Assembly: GCF_964204645.1 (NCBI RefSeq)
Contig: NC_134031.1
Coordinates: forward strand, 9,610,001-9,674,000
Source of the DNA: Tubulanus polymorphus
Taxonomy: Eukaryota; Animalia; Nemertea
Direction: 5' to 3'
Length of the DNA stretch: 64,000 bases
The notes beneath the pieces were generated by a model, which searched no databases, was not told where the DNA came from, and saw nothing but the letters and a program-made list of their open reading frames with translations. Positions 12,262-25,052 of the stretch are shown here, piece after piece. A program made the translations under genes and the position numbers. The number at the start of each line of letters is the position of its first letter. The first letter of the stretch is position 1.

Positions 12262-13644
12262 TTAAAATTTAAAATATAATATTCCTCCTATTACAATTCC
12301 CATACAAGTTATAGCTAATTTAGTATTTTCATGGGATTTATTATCATTATTGGTTTTAATTATATCAAGTTGAATGATATCAGTTTTTATATTTTCTGTA
12401 GTATTGTAATCTTTTATTTTAGAATCATTATCCAATTTAATATTCTTAGTTTTAGTTTCTGTTGATTGAATATGTTTTTTAATTTTTTCACCATCCATTA
12501 ATTTTGGAGCAGTAATAATTTTTCTATTTATATCATTTAATCCAAATGAATTATTTATTGTTGCAGTTTTGATTAAATTATTATAACCAATTATAATCCC
12601 CATTTTTAATATTAAATCATCAGAAATAATTAATAAATTGGGCCCTATACAATAATTTAATCTTACATGTGATTTATCTAAATAATTTTGGTGCCTAACT
12701 ATATTTTCCGGAATCGATCTATTTTTATCATTATGAATTAAATCTTCAAATAATAATTTAAATTGTTTTTGCGTATCAAATGATGTATTTAAATTTCCAA
12801 TTATTGGGGATCTTGTTTCAACTTGTGCACCCAGAATACATATCAAATAAGTTCTAATTGATTGATTTATTCTTTGTATACCTGATTTTGTAAATCCTTC
12901 ACTATTATCTAAAATAAAATAAACCCAACCATTATTGTTTTCTTGTTTTAAATTATCATAGAATTTCGGTAATTTATTGAAATTTAATGTTTCTAAATCC
13001 TTAGTTTCTATTTTACCATAACCTTATTTATTATTATAGATATTGTAATAACTATTGATTGGCATGGGAAGTGCACAATATTGCGCAATTTTTTAGGGCA
13101 AGGAAGTGATCTTATTGTTCCATTTTTTGTTCTAAAATCAGAATTATTTGTATTTATATTAAATTCATTACAAATCTTATAAAACTTTGATAAATTAATA
13201 TTATTATCTAATTCTTTAAAATATCTAGATCCTGGTAAAGGAGTCTTTTAATTCATTCAATATTAATCTTATTTGAAAATAAGTATGGAATCTAAATAAA
13301 CTTTGAATAAATTTATATTTAGAATTATTCAAATGATCATTCCAACTAATTCCACAACCTGTTGTTGCACAATAAACTGCAAAATTTATTTGGTTCTGCC
13401 ACTACTTCATATTTTAATAACCAATTTTTTTCATCTTTCAATTTCTAAAAATTAATTAGATATACCTAAAATATATTTTCCATCTTTGCATTAAAATTAT
13501 AAGTTTCAGTAACATAAATATCTAAATTAATAATGAATTTAAAACTTCATTTCTATATGAAATATCTTTATTAAAATCTATTGCAGGAATATTTTATTTA
13601 ATTGATTTATTATATTGGAAAGCTTTTGAAAAACTATCTGCCCT
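12262..13644 (-). pseudogene. Conserved Polinton protein (WQNQINFAVYCATTGCG motif) with C-terminal TM helix
   Basis: Manual minus-strand translation near 13400 gives WQNQINFAVYCATTGCGISW; ORF 12262-12846 ends LAITCMGIVIGGILYFKF; start codon mutated (TAAAGG) behind a T-tract. Confidence 0.65.
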
Positions 13645-13661
13645 TTATATAATAAAAAAAT

Positions 13662-14096
13662 TTATAATTTATTAATTCTTTTAATAATTTAACTTGGTCT
13701 TCAACTGTTATATTACCATTTAAACTCATTATATAATCTAATGTATTTTTTAATTTATTAATTTCTTTTATATTAGATTTTATTTTTTCTTTATAATTTT
13801 TCATAATTAATTTTGAACTTATGCCGGTAAATACATTTGAACTTAAACCTAATGCTCCAATTGAGATAGCTAAAGGTGCTAATGGTGAGAATAATGCTAG
13901 AAATGTTATTACAGAACTAATTGTAACTGAACTACTAATAATAAAATAATATATAATTTTACTTTTTATAAATTTTTTTTCTTTTTAATTTTTAAATCAT
14001 TTTCAAATTCTATATTTGTTTTTCCAAATATAATCTTAATTTAGTTTTATTTATATCATGAGGAATAATATCAATATTATCAACTTTATCATCCAT
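13662..14096 (-). pseudogene. Small Polinton two-TM membrane protein
   Basis: Starts MDDKVDNIDIIPHD, followed by two hydrophobic segments; homologue at 19062-19507. Confidence 0.6.
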
Positions 14097-14115
14097 CTAT
14101 TTAGAACAGAAATTA

Positions 14116-14322
14116 CTAATAAGTAAATTTATAAGCAACAAATAATACAATAACTGTTCCACCTAAAATCCAAATTATTTCATATTTTTGTTGTTCACTA
14201 CTTGGGGTATAATAATCTGATAATTTAGGTTTGTATAGATGTAATTTTTCTTTATTTGTTACTGCGTTATATAAACTCATAGCATCATCGACTGATTGAA
14301 AATCTCTATGCGAAATCTTCAT
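14116..14322 (-). pseudogene. C-terminal half of the Polinton MASAV/ALAFTGG protein (TM tail), fused to PolB by a deletion
   Basis: KISHRDFQSVDDAMSLYNAV matches KISQRDFQSVDDAMSVYNAV in the 51935 gene; ends IIWILGGTVIVLFVAY. Confidence 0.7.
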
Positions 14323-14324
14323 AT

Positions 14325-16973
14325 GATTTTCAGGTTTAATTCTTTTTTGGTAATTTGATAATTCTTCATGTGTTACAGTTTTATTTTCGGGACATTATGC
14401 TAGATTTCTAGATTTAAATTTAATATGCTCAGGATATTCTAAATCTACAACAAAGAAGTAACCAGTATCTGAATCATCTGCAATATCTAGAATTTTCTTC
14501 TTCCTATCAAATTTATCATTATTTTCATACTGTAAAACTTCAGTTATTTGAAATACTCCATAAGGTTGTGGTTCCATCATTGCCCAACCATATAGATTAT
14601 TTGCATCTATATATAATAATTTATATCCAGGATTATCATTTTCATTGAAATATCTATCACCTAATACACCTGAAACTCCTCCTCTTATAGATTTTTCAAA
14701 TAATAATAATTGATCTATATTTGATAACAAATCCATTTTTATATCTGTTAATTTTAAACCACAGTCCCAAGTTAATCCTGGGCTCGAATAACAATGACAT
14801 GGATCAATATTAAAATATTTTAGATTTACATCTCTAAACCTTTCGAATATATCAGTTAATAATAAAACATCTGATTTTAGATATAAATCTACTAATTGTC
14901 CATGATTTGTCATTCCAAAATGATTCCAAATATTCAATGTTCTATTATATACTTCATCTTTAAAATATTCATTTTTTAATTCATCAAGAAATTGTTCTTT
15001 TAATAATTCAGCTATATTGAAATCATTATGCGACTTATAAAATGAATATGGAATTGCGCCTTTATATCTCATTAATTGAAAATCATCATTATTTGGATAA
15101 TGTTGTTTTAATATTTTTAATTCATCATCAACTAATAATTTTGATAAATTATCTAATGAACTACTTAAAAATCTATATGAGTCTATAAATCTTAGGCACC
15201 CAAATTCGAAAGATATATGATTCTCAGATGTTTTAGCAAACATTTTAAATGTATAAGTTGGTATTTTAGCAACATTTTTTGATCTATTTGAATTTAATCT
15301 TTCTATTTCATTATTGATTTCTTCTATTTTGTGACATAGTTGCTTGATAAATAAATGAGCATCATACCCTGACAATTATGAAATATTACTGGAACAAAGT
15401 TGATTTTGTTTGCTTGCAAATTACAATTCTCATGTGCTGCGCCTCTAAATTTACCATTCAAATGCTCATGATCTCTACCTTTTATCTCTATCTTTTTATC
15501 TTTTAGATTAAATGTCTTTTCACAATAATAACATTTATCAGCAAACTCAAATTCTTCTTTATCTTCTTCTGTCATTATAATTTCTTTATTTTCATTTAAC
15601 TTTTCATTAAATTTGATTTCATATTCAATTAATAAGTCACAAAAATGATTAATAACATTTTCATTTCTATAATGATAATATTCATTTTCAATTAGTTCTG
15701 GATAATCAGATTTAATATATAACCCGAAAGCTGCAGCTGATTGATGAATCTTTTTAATAGTATTTGTTATTAGAGGATCTGAATAATCAATTACATCATT
15801 TTCACCTTTTCATGTATATGCTGTTTTGAAATAATATGTTGTGAATTAGAATTTATATTATATATTGGTTTATCTTCAGATTTGATAAATTTAACTTAAG
15901 AAGATAGACTAATTTAAGGGTATTCAACATCGGTAATTAGGGTTTTCTGACTTTCGTCGAAAACCCTCTTGAAATTCTGTTGATTATTATTATTATATAT
16001 TTTCCGCCGATTTCGTCAAATAAAATTCATCTTCATTCAGATTCGGCAACTGACAGCTTCGAAACGAAATGTATAAATTGATACTGTAATAACGGCCTCT
16101 CTGAACCAACAGATTGTCTGCATGTACTTTCCATCCTATTTGAAACTTAAAATTACTTATTAGGTTACTGTAAATAAAGAATTGAATTGAATTGTTAGAC
16201 AACAAGCACCGGCGAAATAACAGTTTGTGACGTCATTTAGTAAGTAAATAAAGGAGGACTCCGAGAATTTCCAAATCACGGGGACTATACTGGGGTTAGA
16301 CCATTCAACCAAAAAGAGGATTGCTCCGATAATATCCAAATCATCTCATTTTATTTTTTACATCGAATACCCGGTAATTAATTTTTTTTTCGATCACATG
16401 CATCCAGAAAACCCGTTATCGCTGCTTTGCAGCTATATTTATTTTTATAATATTTTTCATATTTCCTAAATGTTTTTATTTTCTACTAATGTTTTACCTT
16501 CATGAAATTTAAATTCAATAGCAGCTGGTCCAATATCACTTTTGAATGCTACGGTTATTTCTATTTCTTTTTTTATCATCTAATGAATTAACATAATTTC
16601 TTACATCCTCCATGTATGGTCTTTTATTGTTTAATTTTTTTTTAATTCTTTTAATTGTCTTCTGTTTCTTATCAATATCTTTATCAAAATATTCTTCACC
16701 TAAAATATCATTATTAATATTTCTAATATGACTTTTAGATTTTAAATGTTCTTTATAATATCTTTTATCACTGAATGATTGATTACATGTATCACAGTTG
16801 TATGTTTCTTTTTCATTCTTTAATTCATCTAATTTAGTTTCTAATATATCATCTTTATATTCCAACTTTAATTTATTTTCTAAGTGAGATTTAGTTTTAT
16901 CATGTCTTGCTTTTTGAGATTTATCTATATTAATTTTACATGTTGGACAGTAGTACTTCTTATTTGCTTCCAT
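14325..16973 (-). pseudogene. Protein-primed DNA polymerase B (second copy), N-terminal Zn fingers, truncated before motifs B/C
   Basis: CYYCEK...RDHEHLNGKFRGAAHENCNL, FHN.SGYDAHL, LYLKSDV, YIDANNLYGWAM; Zn-finger ORF 16536-16973; internal deletion and a repeat insertion at ~15930-16440. Confidence 0.9.
15930..16440 (+). mobile_element. Non-autonomous Helentron/DINE-like element
   Basis: 5' hairpin agggttttc...gaaaaccct followed by (ATT)n; 3' end gctgctttgcagctatattt shared with 32030-32600. Confidence 0.55.
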
Positions 16974-17052
16974 TTCAATATTAAATTTTTTATCAAAATT
17001 TATTTTAGAAGTTATTCATTTATAAAATATTCATATGTATGAATATTTTAAG

Positions 17053-17174
17053 AGTAATAGGGATAAAAGGGGTTCAGGTCAAAGGTTGAAAGGTCGAAAA
17101 ATAAATTCGAGTGTGCGGGAATTTATTTTTCGATCTTTCGACCTTTGGCTTGAACCCCTATTATCCCTATTACT
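17053..17174 (-). repeat. Polinton terminus forming a ~120-bp fold-back (AGTAATAGGGATA...TATCCCTATTACT)
   Basis: Self-inverted repeat; contains the AGGTCG core shared with the 44050 TIR; lies upstream of the PolB copy. Confidence 0.75.
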
Positions 17175-17300
17175 TATATTACAAGGTATTATATAATATA
17201 GACCATTATTATTTTCAGGTTGATCATTGTATGGAATATGTTTATATACTTTACCTTCGTCCATTTATAATATAAATTTGCATTAAAGATGATTTTATTA

Positions 17301-18563
17301 TTACATAATACTATGTAATTGAGAATTTGTAATATCTAATTGCGCGTCAGATATAATATAAATATATATTTTATAATTTTGACCTCCTTTCTTCTTTTTC
17401 ATGAATAATTGAATACCATCTTTTGTGTTCTGCAGCTTTTTACCAGAGCCATGTAACAAGTTATCTTAGGTTGTTCTAAAATCTTACCATAATGCAAATT
17501 CATTGCCGGTATAATAATCTATTTGATTAATATTACAATCTTAAGATAGTTTATATTTTTTCTGTCGTAAAATGTTTTTTAAATTTCAACCCATTGATCG
17601 ATCATTCTCATTCCTTGACAAAATATTTTATTTGCTATACCTTCAATAGTTATTTCTACTTTCGATATTTCTGGATTATAATATTTAAATAATGGTTCAA
17701 CTTTAATTGCACCATTAGAATATAAAGTGGTTAAGTGGTTAATGGTTATATTAATAAACCTTTAATAGATCTTCTAGGAAAGTTAATATTTTCATTAATT
17801 ATTTCATCAGCCGCATTAATAGTTACAGTTTTAAATTCATCGATATAATCATATAATAATGAACAACCTTGGTTATATTGAGTCTGAATTGAGCTAGTAA
17901 TATTTTCATCAGTTATTGTGTCATATTCTAAACATATATTTGATAATTCATAACCCATATCTTTAACAACGCTAGATAGCACAATTTCATTCACCGGTGC
18001 AAATGTTATTTCGAATATAATATCTTCTCGTATAGCATATGTATATAAAGGCCCATTATTATTTATCAATTCAAATTCTAATGGAATTTTATATTTACTT
18101 CCACAAATCGTTGTAATCAAATAATCTACGTCATTGGTTACTACTGCATTATGTGCCTCAGATCTTAATTTATTAAGATTTTCTGATTGAATACCTTGAA
18201 ATATCATATTATTTCTTTTTTCTTTAGTTAGCCATAAATCTTTATAATACACGAATGAATTATAATCATCTAATGAAACAAATTTTCCGGTCCAATCTTT
18301 ATACTTATTGTTTTAATTAAATATCTTCCAACTTTATCGACAACGTAATTATCATTATTGCCAGTTACTTCTATATCAGCCGATAAATGAATACTATTTG
18401 GAACATAATAAGTATTTTGATTTCATCTAGGAATTCAAACATATGAAGTTTCATTAGGATTAATATAAGAAGGATAATGAGTAATTATATGATGAGATCT
18501 TTCTGCTATAATTGCATTACATATTCAAGAATTTTTAGAAGGATTTATATAACACGCATTCAT
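17301..18563 (-). pseudogene. Polinton major capsid protein (another copy)
   Basis: ORF 17746-18252 YKDLWLTKEKRNNMIFQGIQSEN...NENINFPRRS; colinear with the other two MCP copies. Confidence 0.8.
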
Positions 18564-18649
18564 TTATTTAAAGGAAAATGTTACTTATTTATTTTTTATA
18601 TTTACTTATCCAAAAATAACTACACGTTATATTTTCTGATGTATTGTAA

Positions 18650-19507
18650 TCCTTTATTTTAGAATCATTATTTAATTTAATATTCTTTGTTTTAGTTTCT
18701 TTTGATTGTTTATTTTTCTTTAATTTTTTCACCCTTCATTAGTTTTGGAGCAGTGATGACTTTTTTACTGATATAATTTAACCTAAATGAATTATTTATT
18801 CCAGCAGTCTTGATTAAATTATCATACCGCATTATATTCCCCATCTTTATATTAAATCATTAAATTTAATGAACAAATAAGGACCTATACAATAATTTAA
18901 TCTTATATGAGATTTATCTAAATAATTTTCATATCTTACTATATTGTCTGGAATAGATCTACTTTTGTCTTTATGAATACAGCCTCAAATAAAACTTTTG
19001 TGTCGAATGAATTTGTGTTGAATTCGCTGTATACCGGGCTTGGTAAATCCTTCACTATTAATAATTAATTCTTTTAATGATTAATCTTGATCTTCAATTG
19101 TAATATTTCCATTTAAACTAATAATATAATCTAGTGTATTTTTTAATGTATTAATTTCTTTTATATTAGATTTTATTTTTTCTTTATTACTTTTTATATT
19201 CAATTTTGAGCTTATGCCAGTTAATACACTTGATGATAATCCTAGCACACCAATTGATATAGCATAGCTAAAGGTGTTAATGGTGAGAATATTTGAGAGT
19301 GAGCTAAACAAGTTATCACCGAACTAATTGAAACAGACCCACTAATAATAAAATAGTATATAGTTTTAGATTTTAAATAATTTTTCTTTTTAACTTTTAA
19401 ATCATTTTATATTCAAATTCTAATATTTGTTTTTCTAGATATAATTTCAATTTTGTTTTATTGATATCATGAGGAATAATATCAATATTATCAACTTTAT
19501 CTTCCAT
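18650..19507 (-). pseudogene. Fragments of the Polinton WQNQ-family gene and two-TM gene
   Basis: Sequence similarity to 12420-12910 and 13662-14096. Confidence 0.65.
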
Positions 19508-19523
19508 TTATTTAACAAAAATG

Positions 19524-19539
19524 TATGTATGTGTGTGTG

Positions 19540-19594
<55 letters not shown>

Positions 19595-21820
19595 AGACAG
19601 AGGGTGAAAACAGAAGAGCATGTGAGCTACAAAATGACTGTAAACCTTCAGTCCAATGCAAAGATGTCAAGCCCGAAAACATCAAAGAAAAAAATGCCGA
19701 AGTCGTTAACCTATCCAGTAAGTTATTAACGGGACCCCAAAAAGACCTGTTACACAAGGGCTTTGAATTTGTACCTTCACGGAGAAATCTAGACATTGCC
19801 AAAATCATCACTGATTTACATGAATGGGAACGTCGGATGAGACTCAAGGAATTCTTTTACGATAATTCAGCAGACGATCAACCCATCTATGAAAAAGAAC
19901 AATTCCATCAAAAGAAATCAAGTACATGGATGCCTCCAACAGGTAGAGACAATTATTTGGACACATAAATTCCCCAAGAACCTAAATAAATCTGAAGAAA
20001 AGGCAATGATAGAACTCCTGAATGATGGAGATATAGTAATTAGACCAGCTGATAAGGGCTCGGGTATAGTGATAATGGATATATCCAAATACATTGAACA
20101 GGTAGAAAATGAAATGTCCAAAACAAATCATACAAATCAATTGCTTCAGATCAAACAGGAAAAATAGCAAACAAAGTTAAGAAATTGGTCAACAATCTAT
20201 ATAAACAGGGAGCTATTTCCAAGGATTAAAAAAATACCTAATGCCTCCGGATCCAACACCCGGGAAATTACAGGCTAACCCCAAAATACACAAAAAAGGT
20301 AACCCTTTAAGGACAATTGTTAATGGGCGCTCTCACCCAACAGAGAAAATTGCTGAATTTGTTGAGTCACAATTAAGAGAATATGTATAGAGCCTAGATA
20401 GTTATATAAAGGACACTACACACTTCCTCAACAAAATATCGAAATTTGAAGGGCCCTGACCAAAAAACAATACTTTTTTGTATCGATGTTAAGGGTCTTT
20501 ATCCCAATGTCCCCCGTAAGGAAGCCAGAATAGCTGTAAAAAAAGGCTCTAGACAGACGTACAGGAACAAATCTAGTCTCGACTGAAATGATATTAGATT
20601 TAATGGACATGGTATTGGAAAATAATAATTTTTCTTTTATGGACAATCATTATATACAGCAAGAGGGAACGGCTATAGGTATGAATTATGCATGTACGTA
20701 TTTAGGGGAATGGGAGAAAGAACTACTAGACAGGTCACCAAAGAAACCACTAGCCTACGAACGCTATGTGGACGATATCTGGGGTATCTGGGTAGGCTCG
20801 TTGGGGGAACTACAAAATTTCCAAAAATTAGCAAATACGATTAATAAAAACATACAAGTAGATTTGAGACATTCAGAAAAAGAAATAGAACACATTGACG
20901 TATTGGTTTATATCAAAGATGATAGACTAAATACAGACTTATATTGCAAAAAAACTGATAAACATCTTTATTTAGACTATTCTTCATGCCGCCCAGAAAC
21001 AACAAAAAAAGCCATACCATATGGTCTAGGCATCCGTCTAAGACGTATTTGTTCAGAAGACAACACTTTTTTTCAAAAAAAAGAACTGACTACTTATCTC
21101 ACCTCAAGGGGTTACCCCAGGAACCTAATAGATAAACAAATAAATAAAGCAGAAGCCCTTGATCGTAATAGTTTACTGAATTATAAAGGTGTAGAAAAAA
21201 ATACAAATCGTGTACCCCTAACTCTGATGTATTCAAAAGCTATACCGGAGTTACACAAAATTCAGAGAAAAGGACATACAACCCTACAAAAGACAGAAAG
21301 ACTAACCAAAATATTCAAAGAACCACCTATTGTAGCTTACAGAAGGGATACTTCATTATGTGATATTTTAATACACAAAAAACATAACCTAATGTTTTCT
21401 AAAAAAACAAAATAGATGTGAACCATGCGGTAAAACTGCGCAATATGTCTGTACTTGTCTAACTCAGATAAGTTCATCAATTATGAAGGGTCCTCGTATT
21501 ATGTCCGAAACTTTATCAACTGTAAATCACAATGTGGTGTATGCAATTTTTTGTAATAAATGTGACAAATTTATCTACGTGGGGGAGACGGGGGATTCAC
21601 TATACCAACGTCAATTACTCAATTTGTCCCTAATACACCGTAAAACTGACGATCCAATCGCACAACATTTCCACACTTTAAACCATTCTATATCCAACCT
21701 ATCAATCATGGGCATTGAAAAACTTTATAAAATGATTCCTATAGAAAGACTATTGAAAAATTGTGGATTAAGAAATTAAGAACACAAAAACCATTTGGTA
21801 TCAATAGCAAACTAAACTAG
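19524..21820 (+). mobile_element. Penelope-like retroelement (RT + GIY-YIG endonuclease), decayed, preceded by (GT)n(GCGT)n
   Basis: VVNLSSKLL...LHKGFEFVP; IRPADKGSGIVIMD; YERYVDDIW; HLYLDYSSC.P...AIPYG...RLRRICS; GIY-YIG NVVYAIFC...YVGETG. Confidence 0.92.
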
Positions 21821-23606
21821 TTGCAATAAAAGTAAGAATATTAGGCTATTGCCCACTTCGCATCATCTGTATCAATGTGACAATACATCGAGAATTTCGT
21901 TTGTTTTATAATTAAGAGACTTCATTTATATATACATTTATACACAATAATATAAATCACATTGTTTTCACTTGTCTAATGATTCAGCCGGCTGCACAAA
22001 TGTTACAGCTTGTGATATTTTCATAAATAAGATAATTAACTTGAAATTACCTACAACACCTCCCAACGCATATGTTGTATAGTTTGAAAGGCCTCGTGAA
22101 ATTACTAGATAGATACATACCAAAATGACCGTCAGTCAGTCAACTTCGATGTTTGTAATAAAGGTAAATCGTAGGCTTACGAATACTTATACCAAATAGT
22201 TGTACCCACTTTCATCAAAATACAATTGAATACCTAGGAGTTGTCCGCGCAAATTTTTCCCTACATAGAAAGAGAGATAACAAATGACCGCCAGTCAGCT
22301 ATCTTTGTTTTGTTTTCATAGGTAAATCGATACACAATTACACACCATACGTACCAAATAGCTGTGTTAAGATAGTTGAAATGACCGCCATGATTAAAAA
22401 AAAAGTTAAATAAGAGATGCAAAGCTACATACCATATACCAAAATACTGTCCAACCAAAGACCTTATACGAGGTTCACGCACACGATTTTTCGTCGGGAA
22501 ATCGAGTGACGTGCGCGCATCTTAATAGACTTCGTTTGTGGTAAGATATATTTCTACAATAAAAGCATAACCCTTTGATAAAATCTCATCAAATTAGATT
22601 TTAGTAACTCTCAGATAGTTGATATGAAACCGGATCCTCTTTTAAAATTAATGGTGTCGGAACCCAATGTGATGTCAATGGTTACTGGACGAGTCATTTT
22701 ATCTTATTCCGCAATTTTCTCTCTTGATATCTGCTTAAATTGTGTTTTCTTTTTCATCCATCTCTGGGTAAATGCACTGTACGCTCAACTGGAGTTGCGT
22801 GAATAATGTTGTGTATGTGAAGATACATTTCGACACAACCTTTTATTTTTCTAACTGGGTCAAAAGCTGAGACATGGAGATGTTGAGACGACTAAACAGG
22901 TAGAAACACGAGAAAAATCCGCCATGGATTGCATCAATTGATCTAAACATTAATTCAAAAAAAATATATTCACAGCATGACGTGGATGGGTCAAACATTG
23001 TACAGCATTTTAAAATTGATGTTGCGTAACGGCGTGAAATTTCTACGACTTCGCTGGATTTAATACGCTTCTCGTACTCTAAAGCTGGATGAATAGCAAT
23101 CCTAACGGTGTCACTAACTTTAATCTACATTATCGTCATTCGCATTGACGGTGACAGGTCCATTTGTAACCGTATTCTTATCTAATGACACAGGTAAAGT
23201 CTCTTTCCGTGAGTGATTAGTCTGAACCTATTGTGTCACTCACACATTACTAATGTTATGGGCTCTCAATCGAATCACTGACGACAAAAAAGTTTGAAAC
23301 TCTAAGTAGCAATTTTTATATCTATACTGTATATCTAAAAACCTAGTCAAATGCTTTTAAGAAATGACGATTAATAACCTACGTTTTATCATCACGATTT
23401 TGATATATTTTTCTATTGAACAGTGCGAAGATAAATGGCTGCAACTGATTTAGTGGAACATCACCTGCTGAATACAAGCATCACCTTGTGATTTCAGTGG
23501 CATTCCACTCGCATAGTTTATAGCTGCCTAGATGTCACATGCAGTAAATCGAGATCAAACGCTGCAAATCACTCGTTCTTTACCAGCGAACGTGGAATGT
23601 GGTATA

Positions 23607-23851
23607 ATGTCACGTTGTACACAATTTCGTTGTTTATTCGTGTTCATTCGTATAATCTGCGTACCATGGGTGTTAAGTGAAGATATTAAAAGTTTGGATG
23701 ACTTGATGATTCCTGAAGGACCCGGTACCTCATCTTCTCAATGCGGCCTTTGTGTCTGTACGTACAAACCTCCGAGTTCTCTGAAAGCAGTATGTAGCGG
23801 ATTAAACATAACAAAAATACCTCAAGATCTACCCGCAAACGTAACATTCAT
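23607..23851 (+). CDS. Host LRR receptor, first coding exon (signal peptide + LRR N-cap)
   Basis: MSRCTQFRCLFVFIRIICVPWVLS signal-like segment; CGLCVC...AVCSGLNITKIPQDLPANVTF LRRNT; phase-2 donor GTAAGT at 23852. Confidence 0.8.
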
Positions 23852-24899
23852 GTAAGTAATCAATTGACTTCTTTGATTCAATTCAATGTATCGAATTATA
23901 GTTGCAATGAAGTTCATTGCTCAGAACACTGATTGACTAGGCAGTGCTCAATCTCAATTCCCTCTCTGTTAAATTCATAAACTCAAAAAATGAGAAAAGG
24001 AAATACAAACCTTTTTTTATCTGATCTTCATTGTATGTAAGTTATTTCGTACTTTTCAATAACGTAAACAACTTCTATGAAACATCGGAAAAAGCCTCCC
24101 TCCTGGCTCAGGAGGGATAGGTTATCATTCAGGTAGTTTTCTGATTCAAGCCACAGTGTCAAAACACAGTGGATGTTGAAAATAGTGTTTTATAGTTATT
24201 AGGTACAAATATTGTATGTAGGGATTTGAGGAAAGCACGTTTATCTCACGAACGGACGCATCAAGGACATCAGCGAGGATCCCTGTTTGGCAAAGACGCC
24301 CCAGGCCAAACACGACAATAGATATGAATGACAAAACAATTCATTATACTGTAATTTCCGAGCGCTACCCTTACTGCTATAATTTCATGCACCCTTCGGG
24401 CTTAACTGGGCCTGCACTTCGTATATTATAATGTGTATTTATATTGTTTTGTACATAATATTTGTCACTTACAATGGTAGTTTCATGGATTATTTGCTGC
24501 CGTCGTAGGAAACCGAAATATCCGAAAAATCGTTGCGAAATCTCAAATAGTTCTAATATCTATGATCCATCTTTACATTGTTACATATGTTATGTAAATT
24601 ATTGTGATCTTTACCTCTAAGATAGAATTTAGAATCCGATTCTATGAAGAGATAATTGTCACGATAGAATCTTGTCTTAACGTTAAATCAGGACTGTCTG
24701 TAATCTCGCGTACGTATTTCTCCAAACAACTCTAACTAACGACTTTTGTTCTGAGTCCTTACTCTATTGTCTAATTGTTCGTAGGTCTTTACTACATTCC
24801 CTGCGAATACTAAACGAAATTGAAGGTGGTTATGGCCGTATTGACATTGGCGTCACGTAATAACTTAGTTTATTGAGAAACATCGCACATGATACATAT

Positions 24900-25052
<153 letters not shown>

